A stretch of DNA of 64,000 nt from Bdellovibrionales bacterium (GTDB taxonomy: Bacteria; Bdellovibrionota; Bdellovibrionia; Bdellovibrionales; DASUEL01). Under the pieces are notes generated by a model. The model saw only the letters and a program-made list of their open reading frames with translations, made no database searches and had not been told where the DNA came from. Position numbers and translations under genes: made by a program. Of the stretch, positions 1 through 10,066 are shown piece after piece (the first letter of the stretch is position 1; every line of letters starts with the position of its first letter). The stretch spans positions 20,226 through 84,225 of the forward strand of contig JBFWOZ010000006.1 of NCBI GenBank assembly GCA_050250255.1, given 5' to 3'.

Positions 1-3000
1 AATTCGGTAACGGTTAGCCCTTGCAATATTTTTTGTGTGATGGATAGGGTTAAGAAACGAAAATAAATCATGGGCCCTCTGACCATCGCCAAGCAGTGCC
101 GTAGCGATGACAACCCAACTTGCAGCATGGGTGTATTGCCCTCCGTTTTCACGAACTCCTGGTACGTAGCCTTTAATGTAACCGGGATCCAGAGTTGTTT
201 GATCAAATGGTTTTGTGAAAAGTAAAATCATCTCATCGTCTGATTTCACCAATCGCTCGTACACGGATTGCATTGCCATTTTCGCGCGTTCCGGTTGCCC
301 GGCTTCAGAAAGGATCGCCCACGTTTGCGTTAGCGAGTCAATCTGACATTCGTCACTGTTAGACGTCCCCAGTGGTGTGCCGTCGCCAAAGTACGCTCGA
401 CGATACCACGAGCCGTCCCAGGCATTTTGTTCGGTGGATCGGATCAGTAAATCGGCGTGGTTTAGCCACGTCTTTTGGTGTTCGAGGTCACCCCTTGAGT
501 TTGCCAATGTCGAGAAGTTTTTTAAGTTCGTTATTAAAAACCAGGCTAACCATACGCTTTCGCCCTTTCCATCCATGCCGACGTGATTCATTCCGTCGTT
601 CCAGTCGCCACTCCCCATGAGGGGCAGACCGTGTTGGCCAGTTTTTAAACTGGCATCCAGTGCCCGCGCACAGTGCTCAAAGAGAGAAGCTTTCTGTTGA
701 GAGACCATTGGAATGTAGTACGAGTCTTCTTGCTCTGCTGGCAAAGGTGGTCCTTCGATAAACGACACCGTCTCGTCAAGTATTGAAGTATCTCCGGTAA
801 CCCTAAGATAATGGGAAACTACGTAAGGCAACCATAAGAGATCATCAGAAAAATGAGTGCGCACCCCACGCCCGAGCGGTGGATGCCACCAATGTTGCAC
901 ATCGCCCTCTAAAAATTGTCTGCTAGCCGCTCTTAAAATTTGCTCACGTGCCATCTGCGGTGAAGTGAGTGTAACGGCCATCACGTCTTGCAATTGATCT
1001 CGAAATCCAAAGGCGCCGCCGGCTTGGTAAAAAGCGGCGCGGGCCCACAAGCGGCACACAATTGTTTGGTAGAGATACCACTTGTTGATGACAAGATCGA
1101 AGCTGCGGTCTGGAGTTTGAACTTGAACTTTACCCAGTAAATCTTGCCACTGAGTTTTCACCCGTTCAAATTCTTGATCAAGATTAAGCGTGCGCAAGTG
1201 GGTGATGAGCTCACGGGCTGTGTCGCGGTCTGGAGTTTGACCTAAAATATAGGCCACCTCCACTTTTTCGCCAGGTTTTATTTCGATTTGTGTTTGTATG
1301 GCAGCGCAGGGATCAAAGGCGCCACCGCTACTTCCGCTTAGTGGTTTATCAAGCAGTAGTCCTGAAGGCTCTGACAGGCTAGAATTTCTGCCAATAAATT
1401 CTGTGCGATCACAAGTGAATCCGGTTTGGTTTTGTATGACGGCGCTGAACGCGATTTTGGTTCCATGTTCGGCATTTCTAGGATTGTGGGCAAAGATCGC
1501 TTTGGTTTTTTGATCAAGTTCTGTACATAAAGTAGAAGCCATAGTCGCCCGTGAAAAGCCAAGTACCCATTCAACAAAACTTGTAATCGAGAGTCGTCGG
1601 GCAGATTTTGATCGGTTTTCGAGAGTCAAACGCGAGACTTTTACGGGTTGATCCACCAGTACGAACTGGTTCAATTCTGAAAAAATACCAAATGCGGTCA
1701 ACTCGAAACGAGAGTAGCCTTGCCCGTGATGGGCTTGGTACACGGCTCCCTCGAGCCGGATCGGGGCCGCGGTCGGACTCCAGACGGCGCTCGAATCAAG
1801 ATCAGAAATGTAAAAAGCCTCGCCCGGCGGATCAATAATCGGGTCGTTAGACCACGGGGTGATTTGATTTTCGCGGCTGTTAGCGGCCCAAGTATAACCC
1901 GCGCCACTTTCAGAAACTTGAAAACCAAATTCGGGATTAGCAATAACGTTGATCCACGGGGCTGGCGTTGATTCTCCAGGCTTTAGCACAATAACGTATT
2001 CGTCAGTATCAGTTGAAAAGCCACCATACCCATTGAAAAATTCAAGTCCCGAAACCGAAACGCTTGTGGGTGTGTTGACCCTCAGAGTTTCTAACTTAGC
2101 AGCAGGTAGAAACTGCATGCGGGTGCGTTTCACTTGGTCAGATAAACTACCGTTACGTGCCGAGAGAATGGCTCTGGCTTCACTGGCCAGCAAAACGTGA
2201 TCGGCTTCTGAAATAAAATCGCCCCTGATTACAAAAACTTTTCCGGCGGTGTAAGCGAGCCCCGACGGAACGTGAGCCGCAATCGCCATATTTTCGAGAG
2301 TGGTCTGCAATTCTTGCGAGTAGGAGCTACCTCGCTCATTCAATATAACGAGGTCGGCAATAAAGGCTTTGGATGCAAAATAGATCTGCGCTTTTAGAAG
2401 TTGACGAACCAGATTTCGGTCTTCCAGGTCATCAATGCGCACGAGGATAATCGGGTGGTCTCCTGAAATTCCGTGGGCCCAAAGCCCCGTGACATCCTTG
2501 GTATTTTTATTCAAAGTTTCAGAAGGCGCCCTCAATGAGGAGTCTAAATAGATAAGTCTTGTCGTGAGTCTCTGAAACAAATGCGCTTCATCAGGTTCGA
2601 TTCCGAGGTGGTAAAGTTTTACTTGCGCTTGGGTCCAGGCCAGATCACTCGCCCGATCAAAGATTGTCGTGTCGCTAAATTTTTCGGACATGACTTCGAT
2701 GTCTTCGCGAGATTCGGCGATGCCGGTTGAAAAAATCAATTGGGTCGACTCACCTGGATCCAGGCGCACCCGCGTGCGCAAACTCAGGATTGGATCTAAC
2801 ACGGGACCAACGGTTCCAGATAGCCTTTCATTCTTAAAAATGGCGATCGGGTTTTTTGCGCTTCGTCCACGACCGATAAACTGAGACCGGCTCGTTTCAT
2901 ATTGAATAGTGCCATTAGAGTGCCGGTCAGTTCGGAGCGTGTGCATGATCCAGAGTCGTTTGTCTTTATTTGACCTGGGTCTACGACTCGCAATCAGCGT

Positions 3001-6000
3001 TGAAAGTTTGGGGTTAAATTCAGTTTCGATAAAGAGGTTTGAAAAAGCGGGATGGGCCACGTCGGCGGCCTGAATGTTTAAAACGACTTCAGAATAAGAA
3101 GTTATCTCAAGCTCCCGAGTGGTCGAGCTATTGTTTGTTAGGGTAAGACGCCTGACTTCGGTGTTCTCTTCGGGAGACACGAACACTTCAAGTTCGGTGG
3201 TGATTTCAAAATCAACTCTAGTGATGCGAGCTCGGTCTTCAGCAAAGGAAACTTCATAACTTTGACTCTCGACACAGATCGGTTGATAACCGGCCGACCA
3301 AACGTGCCGCTGTTCAATGTCTTTTATATAAAAAAAGTATCCATACTGATCCCTGGTGACGTCTTCGCGCCAACGTGTGACCGCGACGTCACGAACGCGG
3401 CTAAATCCTGCCCCGGCCGAAGTCAACATAACGGTATAAGCGCCGTTCGATAAAAGTTGAGTCGTTGGAATCGCACGGTTGACCTTGTGATACCGACGTG
3501 AAACGTGTTCGACGGGTTCTTTGACTCGGTCAATTTGTACCGTCAGCTCAGGCTTTGAGATTGTACCGATCACGCGCGGCGTGCGCTCTTGAAGCAGGAG
3601 TTGCGTCGCTTGAACTAAGGGGTCTGAATGAAATCGACGTTGCATCGACGAATTTTTAAAAACATTCGCGAGTGCGACAAGAGCCATACCCTGGTGATGA
3701 GCCATGTAAGCTTTAATAATCGCTTTTTTACTTCCGGAGGGAAGCCTGCTCGGCGTGAAATCCACCGCCTCGTAAAACCCGTAGCTTCCGAGAGCTCCGA
3801 GAGATTGAAGCTGACGTAAGTTTTGGGCAGCAAAGGCCGTTTCGTAAACTGACGCTAGGATTGTTGCGTAAGGCGCAACGACCATATCCGCACCCAAACC
3901 GCGCTTAAGTCCTAAATCTGGTACGCCAAAATTAGAGTACTGATAGGTAAGATGAAGATCTCGTTTATTATAGGCTGATTCTGACATGCCCCATGGAATA
4001 TTCTTTTCTTTTCCATACTGAATTTGCCGCAATATAATTCGTCGGCAAGTGTCGTCGAGCAGACTTCCCTCAGGTGAATGCATGACAATACTTGGCATAA
4101 GGTATTCAAACATGGAGCCCGACCAAGATACCAAAGCTGTTTCTCTACCGACACGCACAAGACTTCGGCCTAAATGAAACCAATGGGTTGCCGGTACGTC
4201 GCCTTTCGCAATCGCAATAAAACTTGTTAACCGCGCCTCAGAGGCGAGCAGATCATAGTAGCTCGGATCGAGCTGGTTTTCACTCACTCTCATGCCGATC
4301 GAAAAAAGTTTTCGATTGGAATCATACAAAAGTTTAAAATCCATTTCGCTAATCAATTGCCTGGAAATTCTTTTTACTTCTTGAATTTTTCCAACTAAAA
4401 ATTGCGACTCTTGGATCGATTGTTCAAGGCTTTCTAATAAGGGGCCAAAAAAATCCGGGACAGAGCGCTTCGCCAGCTTTTCGCTCTTTTTAAATTGGAG
4501 AATATCGTTTTGAATTTTTGCACAGTGAATCGCTAACTTTTCAATTGGGATTTGTTGACTTAAATTTTTGCGCAAAGCCTCAAACCAACTTTGAGACTCA
4601 GGGGTTAGATCAATATTTACTGTAGCGTTCCTAAACTCGGTCCACTTCGCTAGCGACAAAAAATCTCGAGATAAACTTTCAATGTCAGCCTGTAGTGCGC
4701 AACTCCAAGCTAAGATCTCTTTTCGGTCCGATCGCACCGGATCTCCAGAAAAGGCAGTTGCTTGTTTCACAAGGAGCTCACTTTGCAAACGTAGGGTGTC
4801 CCAATGTTGGGAGCGATCTTCAATCAGGTGATCGGGCGCATGGAGGCGCACCACGAGTGCCGCGTGAGCGGACTTTACTTTTTCAAAGGATTCATCGCGC
4901 TCAGTGTGGTTTGCGGCAAACCGCTTGAACTCTTGCACCAAAAGTAATTCTGAGTCCCGGATACCTCGGTGAATACTAAAGGCTTCAATCGGAGACTTTA
5001 AAATCTCCTCACAACCCTGCGCGACGACAAAAAGATGGCCCGTTAAATTTCCGTTATCCACTGAAGAAATGTATCTGGGTTCTAGCGGCCGGGAGTCGAC
5101 CGTATCATACCAGTTATAGAAATGTCCCCTATGCCGCGGCAGACGAAGCAAACTTTGAAGAGTTAGCTCTAAACGTTCGACGGCCTCGAGGTTTCCAATC
5201 CAACCAAAATCTCTGGCGGCAAAAATGGATAATAAATAAAGGCCGAAATTAGTTGGTGAACTCCGATGGGCAATGACGGGGCTTGGGTCTTCTTGAAAAT
5301 TATCAGGCGGTAAATTGTTATCCTCAGGCGTAACAAAGGTGGTAAAGAACCGCCAAATTCGCCGGCCCGTAGAGCGAAGGAGAATAAGATCATAGGGACT
5401 AATCGGCTGCGAAACCCGTTCTTTGGGAGGCTGACTCAGGTAGTACGCTAACACGGGTGAAGCGAGCCAAAGTAAAAGAATGGGGGTTGTTACATACATG
5501 AACGTGGGATTAAAAATAAAAATGGGAACGATACCTATGGTCACCAAGAAGACCGGGCCCCTCATGCTTCGCACAAAACTGATCAAATCTAAATTCGCCG
5601 AGGCCTTAGCTTGGGCGGCAGTGGTCCACTCCAACATTTTTTTGCGACTTATAAAGAGCCGATAGAAAGTACGAACTATCGCATCCAGGGAGATCCAGGC
5701 ACTTTGAGGCAGTAACACAAGCAGTACAAACGAATGAATCAGGCCAAGACGAAACTCTGCAAAAGCAAAAAATACCTTGTGAAAAAATGGAGTGCTCGAG
5801 CGCCGAGGCCATAAATCGGCCACCAAAGTTATGAAGGCTGGAGCTAACAGGTTGAAAGCCATTAATAAATAAAGTGGCGCTGACAAATCACTCGGAACAC
5901 TTGCGGCAATAAAAAACAAAATAAAAATTGCTGGTGCATTTAGCGAGCGTCGAAGGTTATCGATCATTTTCCAGTGACCAATCAGTGAAATATCTCTGCC

Positions 6001-8304
6001 GCGAGGACCTACGACCCAAGGTAAGAGCAGCCAATCGCCGCGGATCCACCTATGAGAACGTAAGGCCGAAACTCCGGTGTGAGAGGGGAAATCCTCAAAA
6101 AATTCAACGTCACTTAAGAATCCGCATCGAGCTAGGTTTCCTTCAAACAGGTCATGGCTTAAAATGGAATTCTCAGGGACCCTGTCTTTCATGACCCGTT
6201 CAAAAATGGCTACGTCATAAATTCCTTTACCCGTGAATGATCCTTCTTTAAAAAGATCTTGATAAACGTCTGAGACCGCCGAAGTGTAAGGATCAATACC
6301 TGATCTACTCGCTGATAGTTTTCGAAACAGAGAATTTTCATGTGAGTTGGCTAGAGAAGGAGTGATGCGTGGCTGAAGAATTCCGTATCCGGCCGTCACT
6401 CGCCCGGTTTTTTCGTCAAAGTGGGGCCGATTTAATGGATGGGCCATCGTACCCACTAATTTGTAAGCAGATCCTCGAGGCATCTTGGTATCGGCATCAA
6501 GGGTGATGACGTATCGTATTCCAGTGGGAACACGAAGCTCAGAGTCAAAGCAGGGGCCGTAACTGGTGGTTTTCGAACCCAGTAATAGCTGATTGAACTC
6601 GTGGAGCTTTCCGCGTTTTCGCTCCCAGCCCATCCACTTTCCCTCTTGGGGGTTCCACTTTCGATACCTGTGGTAAATAGAAAATCTTGGATGCTGGTCT
6701 TTAGCTACCGGATGTCGTTCGTTGAGCGAGCGAAGCTCTCGTTTCGCGGTCTCGATTAATTCATCATCGTTTTCTGAAAATTCACTATTAGAATCACTAA
6801 AATCGGTCAGCAGGGCTAGATAGATATTTTCATCTTTGTTCGAGAGGTAATGAATTTCTATTTGCTCAAGCTGTTCTCTTATTTTTGTTTCATCCGTAAA
6901 CATGGTCGGCACGACGATGAAAGTTTTGAGAGATTCAGGTAGCCCGTGGTCAAAATTAAGCCTGGGTAAATACTTTGGACCTAGCAAGGCCACGGTGCTC
7001 CGGTTGATAAGGTTAATGGCAATGTCCGAGGCAACAATCGCAATCAGAATTAGAATAAAATAGATTTGAGTAGGCGCAGACAGTATTGCAATACATGCGG
7101 TCAAAACTGCGATCAATAGCAGATAAACAAATATTCCGTTTTTTACGTACCATCTTAAAATTTTAGTGCGCAGCTCGGCCCGATATTGAATTGATTTTTC
7201 AAATTCAAATTTGCCGTCGCCTAACAAGTAGTGACCTGGATTGCTCGACACCGCTTTGGCGATCTCAATCTCAGTTAATTTTGAATGTCGCGCGAGGTCC
7301 TCAATGCGATGACGATACCGATCACGTGTGGGAAAATCCATGGACCCAAAGTTTGAACCTTGTCGTAGAATTTGATCAACCAAACTGACTTCTTCAAAAA
7401 ACTCGGACCAATCAAGGGCCGAGATCAGTCGTGCGCTTGTGATAATATTACGAGAGGTAATATTGGCCGCCGACTGACTGTTGTGTTCTTTCGTCACCCA
7501 GGTCTCGATGACTTCTCCAGTGGCTGCCAATTTATCATCTATAAATTGGAGAAGGGCGCCCACCTTAGTTTCTTGAAAACGAAGTCTCTGTAAAAGTTGA
7601 ACGGCGAAACTTTGCTGAATGGAAGTGGATTGCAGTATTTCAACGACTTCTTCAACGCTTCGACTTGGGGTTTCACCAACCCCAAGAAGAGAATCGGCAA
7701 TGAGGTCGGCATCTCTCCGAGTTTTTTGTGAGCTTACAATGCGATCGGCGATACGCCGAAAGTTTTCAACCAGGACAAGTCTTAAAGTGATAGGAATGGC
7801 CCATAATTCCCCGATCGTGAGGGGCTGAACTTTTTGATAAGCCGCAACGAATATTTTTAATAGGTCAGACTCGAACCGACTGTCAGTGTGGGCAACAAAG
7901 GCCCAAGCAATTCCAAACACCCGCGGCAATCCCGCAAACGGACCTTCCGCAATCTTTGGCAACTCTTGGTAGTATTCAGGTGGAAGATGATCGACAATAT
8001 CTTTGATCTGGGCGCTAAGAATATGGAAATTATCTACCAGCCACTCGGCAGCAGGAGTTACGGCGCGCTGCTCTTCAATGGCCAACAGGATTTGGTGGTA
8101 AGCTTCTTCTAGTACTTTATGATTTTCGCGAATTCTCGGTCCCAAATCACGCCCCAAACGTGGATTGATCGTAGTTGTTTGGGCTCGAGCCAGACTTTCG
8201 GCATGACCTTCAAGGCGCGCAATACCAAAAATCTCGGCCCGAATAGGCTCGGCATGGTCGTCAAAAAACGAATTATTTTTCTTTTTACTAAAAATGCTTT
8301 TCAG
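1..8304 (-). CDS. ndvB: Cyclic beta-1,2-glucan synthase (NdvB/ChvB/Cgs type; GT84 + cyclase + GH94-like domains). It is 3'-partial because it runs off the window at position 1.
   Basis: Manual translation of the minus strand gives no stop between 8310 and 1 in the frame whose codons end at positions divisible by 3. The N-terminus reads LKSIFSKKKNNSFFDDHAEPIRAEIFGIARLEGHAESLA...TPAAEWLVDNFHILSAQIKD. A GT-like block reads ITLDADTKMPRGSAYKLVGTMAHPLNRPHFDEKTGRVTAGYGILQPRI. A GH94-like block near the window edge reads VRENGGQYTHAASWVVIA. The ORF track omits this ORF because no stop codon lies inside the window. The start is non-canonical (CTG 8304 or ATT 8307). Confidence 0.9.
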   Translation of the reverse strand, partial: MKSIFSKKKNNSFFDDHAEPIRAEIFGIARLEGHAESLARAQTTTINPRLGRDLGPRIRENHKVLEEAYHQILLAIEEQRAVTPAAEWLVDNFHILSAQIKDIVDHLPPEYYQELPKIAEGPFAGLPRVFGIAWAFVAHTDSRFESDLLKIFVAAYQKVQPLTIGELWAIPITLRLVLVENFRRIADRIVSSQKTRRDADLIADSLLGVGETPSRSVEEVVEILQSTSIQQSFAVQLLQRLRFQETKVGALLQFIDDKLAATGEVIETWVTKEHNSQSAANITSRNIITSARLISALDWSEFFEEVSLVDQILRQGSNFGSMDFPTRDRYRHRIEDLARHSKLTEIEIAKAVSSNPGHYLLGDGKFEFEKSIQYRAELRTKILRWYVKNGIFVYLLLIAVLTACIAILSAPTQIYFILILIAIVASDIAINLINRSTVALLGPKYLPRLNFDHGLPESLKTFIVVPTMFTDETKIREQLEQIEIHYLSNKDENIYLALLTDFSDSNSEFSENDDELIETAKRELRSLNERHPVAKDQHPRFSIYHRYRKWNPQEGKWMGWERKRGKLHEFNQLLLGSKTTSYGPCFDSELRVPTGIRYVITLDADTKMPRGSAYKLVGTMAHPLNRPHFDEKTGRVTAGYGILQPRITPSLANSHENSLFRKLSASRSGIDPYTSAVSDVYQDLFKEGSFTGKGIYDVAIFERVMKDRVPENSILSHDLFEGNLARCGFLSDVEFFEDFPSHTGVSALRSHRWIRGDWLLLPWVVGPRGRDISLIGHWKMIDNLRRSLNAPAIFILFFIAASVPSDLSAPLYLLMAFNLLAPAFITLVADLWPRRSSTPFFHKVFFAFAEFRLGLIHSFVLLVLLPQSAWISLDAIVRTFYRLFISRKKMLEWTTAAQAKASANLDLISFVRSMRGPVFLVTIGIVPIFIFNPTFMYVTTPILLLWLASPVLAYYLSQPPKERVSQPISPYDLILLRSTGRRIWRFFTTFVTPEDNNLPPDNFQEDPSPVIAHRSSPTNFGLYLLSIFAARDFGWIGNLEAVERLELTLQSLLRLPRHRGHFYNWYDTVDSRPLEPRYISSVDNGNLTGHLFVVAQGCEEILKSPIEAFSIHRGIRDSELLLVQEFKRFAANHTERDESFEKVKSAHAALVVRLHAPDHLIEDRSQHWDTLRLQSELLVKQATAFSGDPVRSDRKEILAWSCALQADIESLSRDFLSLAKWTEFRNATVNIDLTPESQSWFEALRKNLSQQIPIEKLAIHCAKIQNDILQFKKSEKLAKRSVPDFFGPLLESLEQSIQESQFLVGKIQEVKRISRQLISEMDFKLLYDSNRKLFSIGMRVSENQLDPSYYDLLASEARLTSFIAIAKGDVPATHWFHLGRSLVRVGRETALVSWSGSMFEYLMPSIVMHSPEGSLLDDTCRRIILRQIQYGKEKNIPWGMSESAYNKRDLHLTYQYSNFGVPDLGLKRGLGADMVVAPYATILASVYETAFAAQNLRQLQSLGALGSYGFYEAVDFTPSRLPSGSKKAIIKAYMAHHQGMALVALANVFKNSSMQRRFHSDPLVQATQLLLQERTPRVIGTISKPELTVQIDRVKEPVEHVSRRYHKVNRAIPTTQLLSNGAYTVMLTSAGAGFSRVRDVAVTRWREDVTRDQYGYFFYIKDIEQRHVWSAGYQPICVESQSYEVSFAEDRARITRVDFEITTELEVFVSPEENTEVRRLTLTNNSSTTRELEITSYSEVVLNIQAADVAHPAFSNLFIETEFNPKLSTLIASRRPRSNKDKRLWIMHTLRTDRHSNGTIQYETSRSQFIGRGRSAKNPIAIFKNERLSGTVGPVLDPILSLRTRVRLDPGESTQLIFSTGIAESREDIEVMSEKFSDTTIFDRASDLAWTQAQVKLYHLGIEPDEAHLFQRLTTRLIYLDSSLRAPSETLNKNTKDVTGLWAHGISGDHPIILVRIDDLEDRNLVRQLLKAQIYFASKAFIADLVILNERGSSYSQELQTTLENMAIAAHVPSGLAYTAGKVFVIRGDFISEADHVLLASEARAILSARNGSLSDQVKRTRMQFLPAAKLETLRVNTPTSVSVSGLEFFNGYGGFSTDTDEYVIVLKPGESTPAPWINVIANPEFGFQVSESGAGYTWAANSRENQITPWSNDPIIDPPGEAFYISDLDSSAVWSPTAAPIRLEGAVYQAHHGQGYSRFELTAFGIFSELNQFVLVDQPVKVSRLTLENRSKSARRLSITSFVEWVLGFSRATMASTLCTELDQKTKAIFAHNPRNAEHGTKIAFSAVIQNQTGFTCDRTEFIGRNSSLSEPSGLLLDKPLSGSSGGAFDPCAAIQTQIEIKPGEKVEVAYILGQTPDRDTARELITHLRTLNLDQEFERVKTQWQDLLGKVQVQTPDRSFDLVINKWYLYQTIVCRLWARAAFYQAGGAFGFRDQLQDVMAVTLTSPQMAREQILRAASRQFLEGDVQHWWHPPLGRGVRTHFSDDLLWLPYVVSHYLRVTGDTSILDETVSFIEGPPLPAEQEDSYYIPMVSQQKASLFEHCARALDASLKTGQHGLPLMGSGDWNDGMNHVGMDGKGESVWLAWFLITNLKNFSTLANSRGDLEHQKTWLNHADLLIRSTEQNAWDGSWYRRAYFGDGTPLGTSNSDECQIDSLTQTWAILSEAGQPERAKMAMQSVYERLVKSDDEMILLFTKPFDQTTLDPGYIKGYVPGVRENGGQYTHAASWVVIATALLGDGQRAHDLFSFLNPIHHTKNIARANRYRI

Positions 8305-8604
8305 AATCGTTCACCTTGGCAATAAATCAAGTGCCATTACTTGATGGGATTCAAGGTATACGGAATAGTCCACAGTGGCGAGATATAGTTTCGTGAGTGA
8401 GGCAGACGTCTCGTATCCTTGAAATTTTCCGATGGCCACGGATTTTTAAGTCTTCAAGGGCTTGGGATGAGTGCATTAGAGTTAACAATGCCTTTACACG
8501 AATCCAAAAATCTCGTGGAAGTGTCTCTGCTTGATCCGTTTCCCAAACCTCTTTAGCGATTCCAGATGGTTGATTTGATTCAATTGTGGTTCTTCGAAGA
8601 TGAG

Positions 8605-9774
8605 TTAGGCCGCTTGCTTCGCTTGGGCTGCCTGGTTTTTTGGTAATATAACAGCAAACCGTGTGTTCCGAGACGTCGTATCAAGCAAGAGTCTGCCTTT
8701 ATGTATTTCTACAATTCCTTTTGATATGCTCAACCCTAAACCAGTACCCTTACCAATTTCTTTTGTCGTGAAGAACGGCTGCATGATTTTTTCAGCGGTA
8801 TCAGTCGCGATACCCAGACCGCTGTCCGTAACAGATATCTCAACTTCATCATCCAATTCTTTGACCTCTATACGTATCCATTTTTCTGATTCGGTGGCAA
8901 CCGCATCGACAGAATTATTCAGTAAATTCAAAAGTACTTGAGAGATTTGTATGGCCTGACAGTCAACTTTAATAGAGTCAGATGTGTTTGGTACCTCTAG
9001 GTTGATTTGTAGATGTTTGAGTTTTTGCTGACAGAGGACAAGCGTGTCGCTAATGATAGAGGATACTGAAACCCTAGTAAACACATCACCATCAGCATTG
9101 CGTGAAAAAGTTTTTAAGGCATTTATGATTTTCGAAATTCTAAAGGTGGTGGCTTCAATTGTCTGTGCCGTCTCCTTGAGTGTGACTGTGTCCAGTTCGT
9201 CGTCTTCGATCATGTCCTTGAGTTGTCCCGCGAGAGTAGAAATAATAGCAAGTGGGGAATTCACTTCATGGGCGATTCCAGCGGCCATTTCGCCAAGTGC
9301 AGACATTTTCATGGAGGAGGCGGCGATGGCTTGTTGGGCTTTGAGTTCTTTTTCAGCGTGAGTGCGGGCTGTGATATCATTGCCAAATCCGATCACTTCG
9401 ATGAGTGTCCCACTACTCGAAAAGCGATTGAGTGAGTTCCAAGCAACTATTTTTTTTCCACCATCTTTGGTTGTGAGGGTCATGGCATAGTCGCGAACGG
9501 CACCCTTTTCAAAATCTTTAAAAAGTCGTTCGACTTGGGCGTATTCTTCACCTGGGTAGAAGGTAGCCCACCAGTTTTTACCTATAAGCTCTTCTTTTTT
9601 GTATCCCGTTAGGTTTTCAATGGCTGGGTTCACAAAACGTGTGGTTCCGTCTGGGTTGATACCCACTACGAGCGAAGGAGTGCCTTGAATGATTTGTGCG
9701 GTGTAATCTCTCTCAGCCTTTAAATCTTCGAACATTTTTTGATCATGGAACAAATTTTTTAAAAATGACCTCAT
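8605..9774 (-). CDS. Soluble PAS-domain sensor histidine kinase (PAS + HisKA + HATPase_c)
   Basis: PAS-like segment: GINPDGTTRFVNPAIENLTGYKKEELIGKNWW. H-box: GEMAAGIAHEVNSPLA. N/G boxes: LLNLLNNSVDA and FFTTKEIGKGTGLGLSIS. No TM segment is seen. Confidence 0.9.
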   Translation of the reverse strand: MRSFLKNLFHDQKMFEDLKAERDYTAQIIQGTPSLVVGINPDGTTRFVNPAIENLTGYKKEELIGKNWWATFYPGEEYAQVERLFKDFEKGAVRDYAMTLTTKDGGKKIVAWNSLNRFSSSGTLIEVIGFGNDITARTHAEKELKAQQAIAASSMKMSALGEMAAGIAHEVNSPLAIISTLAGQLKDMIEDDELDTVTLKETAQTIEATTFRISKIINALKTFSRNADGDVFTRVSVSSIISDTLVLCQQKLKHLQINLEVPNTSDSIKVDCQAIQISQVLLNLLNNSVDAVATESEKWIRIEVKELDDEVEISVTDSGLGIATDTAEKIMQPFFTTKEIGKGTGLGLSISKGIVEIHKGRLLLDTTSRNTRFAVILPKNQAAQAKQAA

Positions 9775-10066
9775 GAGAACTTACTCCTTTGAGATAAATA
9801 AACACTGTTTTATTATCGGATCCGTACAAAAGTTTTTAAAGCCGAGATTCTAAAAGTGCGTTTTACAGAGGGGAAAGGGGCCCTTGGTCTGGACGCAATG
9901 AGCCTTTTGCTTGGGAGCATAAGAAAACTTAATTTGTTTTAAAAAAATCCGATACTTATCATAAAAGGAACCGCTTTCTCGCACACCCTGACGACATTAT
10001 GAGGCCTACACAGCTTTTAAAAAATAAGTCAGCTAATGGCTCAGCGGAAAACAATTCTCGTAAAGA

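Noticed and set aside
372-8325. About 35 short ORFs (60-90 aa) are listed by the track on both strands in the first 8.3 kb. This gives the impression of a long non-coding or degraded region.
   Set aside because: They are all out-of-frame or antisense shadows of the single continuous minus-strand glucan synthase frame. None is in the frame whose codons end at multiples of 3.
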